Of a stretch of 57,629 nucleotides of DNA, positions 37,061 through 50,400 are shown in pieces. Source of the DNA: Girardia tigrina (Eukaryota). Under the pieces are notes generated by a model. It ran no database searches. It was not told the DNA's origin and saw only the letters and a list, made by a program, of their open reading frames with translations. The stretch spans positions 74,680 to 132,308 of the forward strand of contig MQRK01250234.1 in assembly GCA_001938485.1 (NCBI GenBank), written 5' to 3'. Every line of letters starts with the position of its first letter. The stretch's first letter is position 1. The position numbers were made by a program, and so were the translations under genes.

Positions 37061-38727
37061 TTAAGAAAATGTAATAACATATTTATGTATTAAATCTTTG
37101 AATCTATATAACTTTCTTCCTTTTTGATTGCGACATCTAATTTTTTGTAGGTATATGTACATATAACTTTATTTATTTTATCAAACTACAAGTTTTCAAC
37201 GAAATAGATCAGTGACACTTTTTCAACCTTCCTTGTTGTTAATATTGAGCCAGAAAGAATGTTTGAGTATTTTTGTCTGTCTGAATTATAATTCTTAGTG
37301 AGATGGTGGATATGATATATATATATATATATAGACGAGTTCAAAAATCTTCTATATTTTTCCAAATTGACCAATAACTGGAAAAATCCATGAAAAATCT
37401 TTATTTCGTAATTTGAAATTTCTTAAGTTTTCTATAGCAATTAATCAATTTATCTATATTAATATTTATATGACATTAAATCTCAAATTATTATTTATTT
37501 ATAATTATATTATTATTATAGTATGACATTACAACTACATTTAGAACATTGATCTGTTTTCCGACATTTCTATTAATATTAGAAGTTGAATCCTCATCCA
37601 GATAATCAATAACAAACTCTTGTAGAAGATGTATTGTGGAAGATTGGATCTTTTTTGTAATTATTTGAATAAATTTGTCATTTAAATATTTTTAATATAT
37701 TTAAAAGGACTTTCAATAATCGAAATTAAAATGAATATTTATTGTTTTCAAAATTATTAGTACAATTTCGTTTATGTAAAATTAAAAATTAAATTAATCA
37801 AATAATTTAAAATTTTATAACGATAATAAATTAATAATAAATCTAAATTTAAATTAAACGAATTTTAGATAATAAGAATTAAGAAACACAATCTCAAACA
37901 AAAACATCACATTCAAGCACAAAACACCAAGCATTCCTCATTCCTTGTAATTCTTCTTTATCTTCCTATTTAAAAGACTGTAATAAAAGTGTACAAAAAG
38001 AAAACTGAAAAATAACTTAATGTTCTTATCGTACAAAGATAGCATAAGCTAAGTTTTTCATTTTAATTCATAGGTTTTCAGTGAAATGATTCTAAAATGA
38101 AATACCGAATTTTGTATTAAACTATTTGGTAAATATACCAAACCAACTAGAGAATTATTTTACCTACCATACTTGAAGGAATTAAAAAATGTATCTACAA
38201 ACAAATAACATTAATACAACGATAATGATAGTTACATTAAAAAAGAAACTTTTTATCTCGAGATTCTTCTTTAATTTAATGGGTAGGACAAATCTAAAAC
38301 ACAAACTCAAGTAAACAGTAGTGATAGGTTTCTGAAGTTTGCAAACCCAATAACACCAGCCGTACTTATGTAAAGAAATACTCATTAAACAAACATACTT
38401 GAGTAATTGTGTATCGTTTGTGATTTTCTAACTGTATTTTTTCTAAATAAACAAATTAGTGTACCACTAACTTTAGTTTACTAAAGTGAGCATTCTTATC
38501 TTTAATTTAATGTAAAATATAATAAGTTTTAATAATTATGAAAGCCTCATGTTAAGGCAATTTAAGTAAAAATTTTCTGGACTAGAATCTTTAAATTTAT
38601 GGAAGGTCTTTTTTGCAGCATATTCAGAATCATCAATTTCGACAACTGAGTTCATTGAAAGATTTTTTTTTAAAAAAGATATAAATTAGTCATCTTCAAG
38701 CAATAATAATAAATAATATCACATTTT

Positions 38728-39530
38728 GATAAAACGAAGTCCGGATGAAAATCTTCTTTTAATAACCAAAGTCATCCATTTAAAAATATATTTTAAGACA
38801 ATATATTTCGACGGTTCTACCGTCATCTTCAGGTCACTAATTAATAATCAATTCACCTGTATATAAGTACAAAAATGATGATTATGTAATCGATTACATG
38901 AAATCATGCTAATCAAAAATTCTCAATAAGCTGGTTGAGACTGCCGATTGAACATTGATTTTAGGGCAACGTGACCTAATAAACAATGCTTCACACGACA
39001 CTCTCCCAATAACTGTCAAAATGCTTACACATAATTTTGAAATTATCAAAATTAACATCACATTTACATTTTTCCTATGTTCTGCAATATTACTCTTACT
39101 CTCTTTTCGGTCATGTTCTTGAATTCGTTTACAGATATGACGGGCAGTCTCTCCAATGTATGTTGCATCGCATCCATTACATTTATATTCATAAACAATA
39201 TCAGAACAAAGTGTTAAAGGTGTAATAGATTTATTACTGAACATATTTTGAATTTTATGAGATCGTGATATAATTTTTAAATTTAATTCATTGTTAGTTG
39301 CTTTTAACAATGCATTTTTAAAGTTTATAAATCCTTCAGAATAAGGTTCAATTAAACAATATTTAGGCATATTATTCATATCTAATGATCCTTCGATTTC
39401 TTTCTTAGATCCATCAGGAGAAGTCAAACTCTGATTTTTCGAAAAATCTTTCAAAAGTATTTTATCTACTGTTAGATCCGTCTAAATATTTTGTCTTAAA
39501 ATATATTTTTAAATGGATGACTTTGGTTAT
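38728..39530 (-). mobile_element. 5'-truncated PLE insertion with inverted terminal segment and 14-bp TSD
   Basis: TSD TAATATCACATTTT (38714-38727 and 39531-39544). ORF remnant 38909-39454 with IVYEYKCNGCDATYIGETARHICKRIQEH. About 59-bp inverted repeat 38761-38819 vs 39473-39531 (3 mismatches). Confidence 0.92.
38797..38835 (-). ncRNA. Minimal hammerhead ribozyme in the PLE 3' end
   Basis: GAC-CTGAAGA-T-GACGGT(aga)ACCGTC-GAA-ATATAT-T-GTC. Core intact, 6-bp stem II, palindromic stem III; 73 nt downstream of the GIY-YIG stop, same sense. Confidence 0.87.
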
Positions 39531-39563
39531 TAATATCACATTTTCTTCTTTTTTTAAATATAT

Positions 39564-40861
39564 GAAGAACATTTAGACAAGTCACGTTTGAACTTTTATT
39601 ACAATCACATTTAGAGGGATTATGACTCTCAGAAAGTCTTTCATCGTTTGTCATCATTCTAATTGGTTTTATTATTTTTCTTTTTAATCATGATTATTCG
39701 AACAATTTTTCTAAGTCATGCAGTTTTTATTTTTGAATCGTTCTCCTATTCAACTTGATGATATGCACTCCCCAAGTCGATCGTGCTGAAGTACTTCGCT
39801 CCATTTAATATATTCAGCATTTCTTCTACATTTGGCATTGGAAATGCTGGTCTGATTGTGACTTTATTTAATTGTCGAAAATCAACACATATTCGGATAA
39901 CCTGTTTGTCTTTTTTCCATACGCATACTAGCGGGAAATTCCCCGGGAACTGCATTTTTCAATAATATCATTTTCCTCGTAATTTTTGATAATATCATCT
40001 AGTCTTTCCTCAAAGTGTTTTGGCTGTCGGTACGGTTTTACCAGTATTGGTTCTCCTTGCGTTTCAATTTTATGCTTAGTTAGTGTGGTCTTCCCTATAT
40101 CCCATTTTTCCGCCATAAATATCGTTTCATATTCTATTAATAATTTTATTAATGGTTCATCTATCTTATCTGCGTATATTTCCATCATTCTTTTTAGTCT
40201 GTCTCCGTTAGTTAAAGTATCGCCTATTACCAGTACTCCTTCGTTGTATCTGTTTCTTTCTTTAGTTTTATGCTGAATTTATTTAGGAAATCTATTCCTG
40301 CAATCATTTCGGGTTCCAAGTCTTTAACCACAAAAAAAATCCACTGTTTTCTGTATTCTTTCAATCTTAATCTTTAGTTGTACTATTCCGCAATTTACTA
40401 GTTCCGAGTCGTTAGCACAGTGTATACGTCTTTTTGTTTCCTTTATTTTGACATCCTTCATATTTTTGAGTAAGTCTACTTTAATTACATTGACTTGTGC
40501 TCCCGTATCCAATAGACATCGTAATTTTTTATTCTTTATTTGAAATTCTATACTAGATTTCCCTTTCAGTTCTTCGTATTCTATTTTAAATTTTGATATT
40601 TTCATTATATCTGTGCTTTGTTTTTATCTTTTCCTGCGATCAAACTGTCACATTTATCATTGTGTATTTCGTTTTCACTATCTAATAATTTCTCTTGATA
40701 ATTGGTGTAAGAAGAACATTTAGACAAGTCGCGTTTGAACTTTTATTACAATCACATTTAGAGTCATTATGACTCTCAGAAGATCTTTCATCGTTTGTCA
40801 TCATTCTAATTGGTTTTCTTATTTTTCTTTTTAATCATGATTATTCGAACAATTTTTCTAA
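39564..40861 (-). mobile_element. Ty3/Gypsy gag-end, protease and RT-start fragment bounded by a 151-bp direct repeat
   Basis: LRCLLDTGAQVNVI (PR); DIGKTTLTKHKIETQGEPILVKPYRQP; IRICVDFRQLNKVT...YFSTIDLGSAYHQVE (RT). Direct repeats 39564-39714 and 40711-40861 with 6 differences. Confidence 0.9.
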
Positions 40862-43800
40862 ATTATTTTTTAAAATATTTAGCCTCTAAAAATATTAATT
40901 AAAAGAATAATAGTTTTTACCATTTTTCAATAAATCTTAAAATGATAAAAATATCCTCAAATTATTAAAAATGCATTTAATTTAAATTTTACTAAAAATT
41001 ATTAAACTTAATTTTAATTGTGTTCGAATAGTCAATCACTTAGAATAGTCAATTAAGTCAATCACTTTTAATTTAAATAAAAAAATACCAATTTCCGTCT
41101 GGGTGGGAGAATCACCATTCTAAATTCAACATACTCAAATCAACATACATAATCACTACATTTACACATTCAAACAATTTAAAATATTCCTCACAAAATA
41201 CTTTCACGAATGTTCAGAAATTCAATATTCATACTCATTTATTTATCTTAATAACTAATTCATCAAATAAATACAATAAAAATAGTTTAATTATTAAACA
41301 AAATCGTTGGTTGAGGATTTTAACTTATTGAAATTCCTTCATCTGAAAATGCTTGACATAATCATCCTCAAAGATGCATGGAAAAATTAAATATTTTATT
41401 CTATTTATATTGGCATATTACAATGAAAAGTCATCCATGAAATTATTCTTTCTACTAATCTCAAAATATATTTTATTTATATTTTTAAAACGTATTTGCA
41501 AAGAAATGCAAATATTTGATTTAATGTAAATCTACGTAATTTGTTTTAATATCAAAGATTTTTTTTCGATATAAATATAAAATATAAACGCTTTTTAATG
41601 GATATATAAATAAAGTCATTTTTCTTGATTTACGCGTTTTTATATCATATTATAAAATTATATTATATAAAGATAATATTCATTTGATTTTTAATAATGA
41701 TAAATATTGAACATAAATTAAAAACTTAAATTTTATATAAAAATATTTAAATCAGGCTCATTTTCATAAAATATTGTTGTAAAAAACCTTTAAAATCATA
41801 TTAGTCTTTAAAAAACTACGTTTTACGACTTCATAGAAGTTGTGAAGAATTTTTTTGATTTTTTTTAATCTTTGTTGTTTTTGTTTTAGGATTATGTTTC
41901 TACTACCAAGATGGAATATTGATATTTTGAATGTTTTGAACAGTCGGATTATTTAATATATATAAAAATGTAAATAACAACTTTAAAATTAAATTAATAT
42001 ATCATAAATAATATTTTTAAAATACATATTTATTTTTTAAATAATTTAAATTATTTTTTAATTATAAATTTTAAATTATTTTATAATAGAATTGTAAATT
42101 AAATTGTAATTTAACTTTTTTTGAATAATAAGAAGTTTGAAAATAGAATTAAAAATTTATCAATCCAGAACGATGATTAGCTACAAAAGTTTAGCGGAGC
42201 ATTGTCCTAGTGGCGATTCAAGTTGTGATATCAATAAATGTATAAAAATTCCAATTAATGTTCTTAATATAGTCAATATCGATAAAGTAGGGATAGCCGA
42301 AGGCGATCAAAAATATGTGGCATTATTAGTTATAATGTAAAAATAATTTAGGGTGAAAACTTAATTTGTACAGATAGATAGCATTGTTTATAAAATCGAC
42401 AGTCAAGGAAAGATTTTGCGTCTAATGGAATCAGATTGACTTAAAGTTTTTATTAACATCAATTTTATATTTTAAAGGTCATCAAAACATGAAGAATAAA
42501 ATAAAAAAGGTTGTGAACCACTGATTACAAATTTTATAATAATGTATTATATTATATTCAATATTAGTCAATTTTGTTTTAGTATACTTAAGTCTATAAA
42601 AACTTTGATATTTTAAGCCTTTTGTAAAATTATAAGAGAAAGAGTGTCGCATATTGATATTACATGAGATTTACAGATTCAGCAATACTCATAGTTTTAC
42701 ACAATTGGCAAAATATAAAAAAAATAACGAAAGTAAATTTGACAATTTTTGTCCTCTAAAAAACATGTCAAGAGAGATGAATATCTATTTCCAGACAAAT
42801 TTATACTACTTTTTTAACCAATATACTGAAACTATATGAAAAACAGGTCAAATATATACATGCATAACTACTTAAAAAATTTTCAAAAGCAATTTAAAAT
42901 TTAAAACATTTTAGCTACAAATTAAAATAAAACTGAAAATATTGCTTTGTAGGGATCAATCTTTCGGTCATAAAAAATATTTTTCTATAAAAAGATGCAA
43001 AATTTCAAAATATCTTTTAAAGTATAAATTTTATCAATAACCTAAAATATTATTATTTTCCAATAATCAGAAAAGCTTTGAAGTTGATATTTATATTCTT
43101 TAGAAAGAGTTTATTTAATTTTATTAAATATCAACAAATTTTATATTGAAATTCTTGCCCTATTGATTAAACTTTTGAGGAGATTTTAAAATATTGTTTT
43201 AATTTTTTTTTCTTTTTTTCTAAATTAATGTTTCAATTTGAGTATTAAAATATGAATATGAAATATTTTAACAGATGATTTATTAAACTTAGTGTGACCA
43301 TCAAAAATGTCTGGATTATCAGTTATATACAAACTGTTACAGACAGACAGACAAACGAACTTTACTGCATCATGCAGTAAAAATATAATATTATGCTTTA
43401 TTTTATTTTTATTTTATTCATAACACATTTAGTACATTATTAATATTCTAAATTTTGTTTCACTTTCAAAATATGAGTGTAAAATATAATTTGTTTTCAA
43501 AACTTATTTCATTATAATAATTATTCATTTTTGAAAATAAATTATTTATTATTGACCAAACTAAATTATCCACATTAACTTAAACAGATAATTATCCAAA
43601 AGTCAATTTTCAAATGACAATTTGAACTGACAATATTTATTTCAATATTGCGAATAAAATATTTTGAATTTTTAATCATTTATTTCTTTTGTAAAATATA
43701 TTCAAATAAAACCATACGAGAAAAATATACGTCAAATAATTTCTTTAAAAATATTTATTATATTAATTATTATAATTTTAGTATTATATATTTATCAAAA

Positions 43801-44339
43801 ATATTTACATGGTACATATTTTTTTATTAAATTGCTTTTATAATTTATTTCATAATTAAGTCATTTTATTTTATTTTTTTATTGTTCTTTATTGTTTAAA
43901 CAAATAAAGCACATGTTGATTTTCAGTTAAATGTCATTCAAAGATCTTTTCAAAACAAAATTTCGAACATAATAACGATATTCAATGAATAAAAGGTCTT
44001 TTTTTTCAAAATAATTAATTGAGTATAAAAAAACGTTATATATTTTAATTTTAAAAATTATAAAAGTTAATTATTTTCAAAAAATATAAATTCAATGACT
44101 TAAATTTTATAATTATGATCTTCTAAAATGATAAATAAATGATTATTTTATTAGTAGTATTTAGCTAAATTGAATTTTAGATAATAATATAATTTTTATT
44201 GATATTTTATAACTCAGAAAATTTGTATCACAAAACCTTTTAATGTACAAAATTTAGCGGTATCAAATTATATATAAATTAAGTTATTAAAATGACATAT
44301 TTATTTATGACACTTTACTTAATTTTAAAACAGTCTTTC

Positions 44340-45270
44340 CGTAAACAGTAAAATTCGTTATTCGATTCGGCAAAATCAGTCATATGAGTCTTCAACTCCT
44401 TAAGCTTGACAAAATCTTAAGTTTTACTTTGAGACTCCATGTTCCAAAAATTATTTTGGACAAGCAAATTCAAATCTAATGAATATGGGATTTGAGGTAC
44501 TATATTCTCAACAAAATCTTGGAGCAGCTGTTGTATGGGGTCGAGCGTTATCATGCTTCCAAAATACATGTTTACTAGGAACTCGCTAAATACGTAGTTT
44601 TTCAAAAAATAATTAAAGTATCGAATATATTTGTCAACATTCATCGCCCTTAATCTTTCAGTTTTTTGATCTAATAATCTGTAATAAAATTCACATCTAA
44701 AATAATCAGAAATTTCCGGTTTCCATCATCATAAACCGAATTCCATTTACGAACTGCGTTCTGTGTTCAAAATAACTTTAGATATATCCAATTCTCACAG
44801 TAAACTTACAATCTCTCCTTTAACTCTCTTTTCTCCAAAATTTGTTGCCAGCGCCGACAAATTTCAAAATTATTTATTCTATGTTCTTCTGACAGCTGAT
44901 TAAGAATCCATTTTGAAATAACGTTTATCAAGCATAATTCTTCGGCGAGAAATCTTTAAACAAAAAAATTTAGGTAATACAGTAATATATTTATTTCTCT
45001 ACAAGATACGCACCTATTTTAATTTACCAATTTGCTCATTCACGCAATTCTTTCACCAGCTTTTGAATTTCACTACTCCCTAAAACTTTTGAACTCCTTT
45101 GACTGTTTATGTACTCTTCGTAAACTACTACTTTTACCATACTCATCAGTTTTTAATAAATCATACATCATATTTAAGAGTTTAGACTCAAAATTTTAAC
45201 GATAAATTTCACCTGATCAACACTCCTTACCCTTGCGTAATAAGAATTCACTACAGAATTCAAAAAATAT
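44340..45270 (-). mobile_element. BEL/Pao integrase remnant, highly decayed
   Basis: In the expected order: NRCVSCR (zinc finger), KFVGAGNK (TNFVGA), PSKHVF, LLVQNNFWNM (QxFWxRW). Confidence 0.45.
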
Positions 45271-45859
45271 TCACTCTAAAAACTAAATTTAAATTTAAAA
45301 ACTTATAATAAATTATTCAAATATTCAAATATTTATGCAGCATTGATTAATTGTATTATTTAGAGACCCTATGCACAATTCAGTTATTAATGAAAAAAAA
45401 AACTAATATACGATACAAAATATATATAATTATATTAAATTTCATTAATGTTTTAGTTAGTGTCTTAGTTTTATTATTTTTTCGTAAAGAAAATACAGCC
45501 AAAATCAATCATATTTATTTAATTATTATTTAATATATAAAAAACATTGGATTAGTTGAAATGATATTTAGAAAAAAATATTAATATGAAATTTAATGAG
45601 GAAAATCCGCGATGGGAACTAATGGAAAAAAGTGTACTTTTCTTTAAATAAATTTATTTTGCTGCAAATTAGGGAATGATTTTATCAGTTAATTGAAAAC
45701 AGATATTTCTCTTGAATAAAGTTGTCAATCTGCAAATAATTATTCTTTCAACATTATATCAGATGTGCTTTAGAAAAATGTTTTTATTTCTATTAAGAAA
45801 AAAAAATTCTCAGACACATTTCTCAAGTGATTGTTTAATTTTCTTTTCTTAATTTTCAG

Positions 45860-45962
45860 CCAACCGTCAGTCATGCGAACACTGCGAACGATATTGACGT
45901 ATGTAGCGCTGATTCTGGTCAAGGAGCAAGTGTTGAAGATGTTGCGGGAAATTATTTCAAAG
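45860..45962 (+). CDS. Probable internal host exon (103 nt); protocadherin-like cytoplasmic motif
   Basis: Acceptor TTTTCTTTTCTTAATTTTCAG, donor AAG/GTAAGT, raised GC, open frame PTVSHANTANDIDVCSADSGQGASVEDVAGNYFK. SADSGQGAS resembles the DSGxGxS motif of protocadherin tails. The product is inferred from one motif. Confidence 0.62.
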
Positions 45963-46246
45963 GTAAGTTTTAGTAAATGCTTTCAAAGAAACAATTGGAG
46001 TCTGTCTGCACTGTTAAAAATGTTTTATTACTTCATAGAAATATTTCAAAAATGACGATAAATGATAAGTAATTTAAAGATTTTGTGCTCACTTTTTGAT
46101 ATTTACTCGGAAAGGATAATGAAATATGAAGGGATCAAATCTTTTGAACCTAAAATCAATGTGCAAATACCATCTCCTTCAACTTTTTTGAAAGTATTTT
46201 CATAATTTGTAAATAACATAATCATAACATAAACATTGATTTGATA

Positions 46247-47593
46247 TTAAGTTGGTCGAAAAATAATGGCGGTTTTGGGACACATACTTCAAAGACATGC
46301 AAATTCACAGAAACAAAAGTTTATTAATCAAAGTATGAACCGTTAGCATCAATACATTTTTGCCAACGAGAAACAAGTTGTTTTATTACATCAGCATAAA
46401 ATGCATCTGTTCTCGAAGCGACCAATTCTTGGAAGGCATTTTGAGCATCATTTTAGTTTTTGAAATTTTTTTTCACGTAGGAAGTTGTACAAATGCCTGA
46501 AAAAGTAAAAATCCGTTGGCGAGAGGTCTGGTGAATATGGTGGATGAAGCAGGGTTTCATAGCCCAACTCATTAAGCTTTTGAAGAGTCACTTTTGAAAT
46601 ATGAGGTCTAGCGTTATCATGAAGAAGGATAGGACCTTTTCGATTGACCAATCCCGGACAAAGGGTTTTCAATTTCTTATGCATTTCATCAATTTCATGA
46701 CAGTACCTCTCCGCTGTGATTGCTTCACCTGGATTTAAGAAACTATAGTGGATGATTCCAGTATCACACCACCAAACTGTCACCATAACCTTACGGGGTG
46801 TTACTTTCGGTTTCGGAAAGTGTTTCGGTACTTCATCTTTGTCCAACCACTGTGCAGATCGACGTCGGTTATCATACAGGATCAATTTCTCATCACAGGT
46901 AACAATACGATCAAGGAATTGATCGTTTTATTGCGAAGATGATTGGCAGAACAAATTTCATAGCGTCGGTTCTTTTGATTTTCATTCAAATCATGTGGAA
47001 CCCATTTATCAAGTTTCTTGATTTTTCCAAGTTGTNNNNNNNNNNNNNNNNNNNNNNNNNNNNNNNNNNNNNNNNNNNNNNNNNNTTTCCAAGTTGTTTT
47101 AAATGATCCAGGACTGTTGAATTACTAATGCCCAACCCATCTGCAAGTTCTCTGATTGTTGTACGGGGATCTGTTTCCACCATTGTCCTCAAATTGTCGT
47201 TGTTAACAGCAACTGGACGACGACGACCTTCTTCATCTTCAAGGTTTTCATCTCCATCAGAAAATTTTCGGAACCATCGTTGCACTGTGCGCTCAGAAGC
47301 TGTTCCCTTACCAAACGCTTTATTGATATTGCGAGCCGTTTCTGTTGTTTTACGACCCAGTTTAAATTCGTACAAGAAAATTGCTCGAATTTTAATGTTT
47401 TCTATTATTAATTTAACACCGTAAATATTCTAAAAAATAACAGCAATATGTTAATAATGGCTATAGGAATATACAGCTAGGTATAAGATTTCAAATAATA
47501 TCTAAGACTAATGCATTTAAACTTATATACATATCAAAGTAGATAAACAAAGTATAAAGCTCAAAAACCGCCATTATTTTTCGACCAAACTAA
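46247..47593 (-). mobile_element. Near-full-length mariner (cecropia subfamily), copy B, with transposase pseudogene at about 46323-47405
   Basis: Same TIRs as copy A (one change at each end) and TA TSD. YEFKLGRKTTETARNINKAFGKGTASERTVQRWFRKF, LLHDNARPH, HPPYSPDLSPTDFYFF. ATG changed to ATA, two frameshifts; interrupted by the 50-N gap 47036-47085. Confidence 0.95.
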
Positions 47594-47620
47594 TATATAA
47601 ATGTGATCATCATTGTAAGT

Positions 47621-47660
47621 TTAGTCTGATGATGGCGGTTAATCAGACAAAATCAATTAC
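47621..47660 (+). ncRNA. Degenerate hammerhead, relative of the 19887 copy
   Basis: TTAGTCTGATGATGGCGGTTAATCAGACAAAATCAATTAC vs TTAGTCTGAAGATGGCGGGTAATCCGCCGAAATTAATTAC; stem II and GAAA are broken. Confidence 0.55.
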
Positions 47661-48099
47661 ATTACATTATGACGAACGTTTTATTAGTTTTTTTTTAATT
47701 CAACGTTACTTATTGTAATTATAATCTCCTTTTATAACTCCGAAAATGCAGTTATTAGGTTCGTGATCAATAAGGGAATTCACAACACTAAAATTTATTA
47801 TTTATAACAATTAACTATTTTTAAACAAATTTCTGAAGAACGATGTTTTCTTATTTTACGCAAACCAGTTATAAATAAAAATACTAAATATAAATATCAA
47901 TATAAATTTTTATTTCAAAACTTCATGTTTATAGTTTACAATTAGTTTTATTACTTGTCACACTTTGTTAAATTTTATTTCATTTTAGTCTTTCATTTTC
48001 AATTTACAGGGTTATGAATTAATATATTTAAAGTTATTCAGTAATATATTTATTACAATATATAAAAAAATAAGAATATTCAAGTTTAACAAAATGAAA

Positions 48100-48545
48100 T
48101 CATGTCTTGTAAGTGCCACTTGAATAAATCTTCTAATATTTCTGTACCAACATCTAAAATACATTTTTGATTCTCCAAAATTTCAATAATTTCTTCTTTA
48201 AGTTACTTTGACTTTTTAAACTACTATTCAAAGCCAGCTCACCCACAAGTTCTTTTTTGTTATAAATATTGTCTCTAGGAAAAAGCTGAGACAGTTTGTT
48301 TTTAATTTCTGAACGCGGGGAGATTTTTCTTCCTTTTTTGAACTTTAAATTTCCTCCTTGTTAATATTATTGCTAATTTTTTATTATATTATATGCAGTT
48401 TGTTGGGGAATGTCACAATCTTCTGCTATTTCTTTTCAAATAATTTTTTTCTTAACATTCTCTTATTCTTTGAAAAAAATATTTGGTCATTGTTTGTCTC
48501 TTTTTTTCGGTTTTTCACTTGATCTCCTTCATAGATCGCCATATT
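48100..48545 (-). mobile_element. Possible Tc1/IS630-like transposase N-terminal (HTH) remnant
   Basis: KEIAEDCDIPQQTAYNIIKKL is HTH-like; the rest is broken by stops. Confidence 0.35.
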
Positions 48546-49609
48546 CATAATAGTTAATCATTATTAGGAAATTTAAATTTTTATTCACAATGTTTTTAAA
48601 TTTAGATTTTCAAACATATTAATCATAAATATATAAATGAATAATTTTAATTTAATAATTTAATAATTTTTTAGTATTATAATTTTATATTAATGCATAA
48701 TTTACTTTAAATGTTACTCATAATTAAAAATTAAATTTCACATATTTTATATGTTTCTTAACCCCAATCCTAATTTTAAATATTAAAGTGCAATATATGA
48801 AATTGTTCCTCCCTCAAAAAATATTAAGGAATTACAATTTTATATCTTTCCAAACAGATTTGAATATAATATACATCAACTGTTATTAGTTTGATTCCAT
48901 ACTTCTAAATGTAAAAGAGATTCCTTTCTTGATATTATAAATTTCTAGTTTGAGATGGCATTTATATTTTATTAAATTTTCTATTTCGTTTTTAAAATTT
49001 ATTGTGGAATTTATGATGATTTTGATATTTTAAATTCTCCCAAAAGAATAATTTCATTATTATCATTTTGGGTTATCATTTTGAAAATTATGTCAATTAT
49101 ATTTTTATTAAAAAAACAAGAAGAGACATGTGAACTGTCACTTGAAAAATGTGCGGTTCTTAAATAATGGAAAAAAGATTTTGATTTCTGCCTCGATAAC
49201 GGTTATACGAAAGATGTTTTCTTCAATTAAAAACTTTTCATATTTACTCAACTCTTTTTTAGAAATTTTTTATCTAATTTTAACTATAATTAGTAAATAA
49301 ATAATTTTTTTTCAATTATTTTCTTTCAAGCATTAAAACATTACATAGTTTTTTAAAATTGCTTTTAAAATCATAAATCATCTGTATCTTATGTTTTTTT
49401 GTAATTTTCGTTAACATTTAACCAGTATGAATGTCCGCCGTCTTTTTATTTATCAAATGATAAAAATGACATCACGATACTACGAGAACTTTAATTTAAC
49501 TCATTATTTTTGTTGAAGACATGTATTGCAAACTACGATTTAATTACAATTGAAATCTATAAGGTTAGAATGAAGGTTTGTCAGTAAATTAACATTGTAT
49601 GAAGTGCAA

Positions 49610-50400
49610 AATTTTACAATAACAATTGGTCATCTTGATTAATGTAATAGACATTACTTTAGACTGTCCTTCTCCGAGACTGCAACAAGAAAATTCAGCG
49701 GCGGTGAATCATAAACTTTTGAAGGGCCTGTACCATGTGTTCATCTTTAATGAAGTGATGTCCGCGAAGGAAATGTTACGGTAACAGGATAATATAATAA
49801 TTGGATAGAAAAAGGTCTAAGCTATAAGGGTGGAGCTTAGGAACATCTCAATTCTTCATGTTTCTGGTGCGTTCGGCATGAAAAATGAGGTTTGGCATGT
49901 ACTTGAAAAAAAGTACTTTGGAAAAAAACGCAAGCCGTGTTGATACCACCATCACGCAAAGTTGTCTGAACAAAGTCTAACTGAATTAAGTAAACTTCAG
50001 AGATGATCATTTAATCGTGGGGAAGGAGTTTCCAGTAAATGTATTCAGATGCGATTCCCCAAACGCTCAATATTAACGTTTTTTAATACGGATCACTTTG
50101 TGGCGTACGTTTCCTAAGTTGACTTGGACTTAGCCATTGGGTTTTAGTATTTCTGGTTATTGTAGATAATCCGCTTATAAGGCAAAAACAGTCGTTATTT
50201 TGTATATTTTTTAAAGTTCTTTCAGTTTGTGAAACGTTTGAGTTTGGCCACCGTTTTTTTTATTTTTTACATTTTCTGAAGATTCCAAATAATTGCTGAA
50301 TAGAAAGTATAGAGTTCAACGGCCAGTTTGCACTTTGCTAAAGTTGGATTCACTTCAATGAAGTGGCATAGCACTAATTTATTAAAGGTTGTTGGCAATT
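49610..50400 (-). mobile_element. Old mariner transposase remnant
   Basis: QWLSPSQ...KTLILSVWGIASEYIYWKLLPHD and LHPYSLDLFLSNYY...HFLRGHHF. Confidence 0.7.

Noticed and set aside
39564-40861. Intact small LTR retrotransposon
   Set aside because: The repeats lack TG..CA ends, PBS and PPT, and read as gag-region coding sequence.
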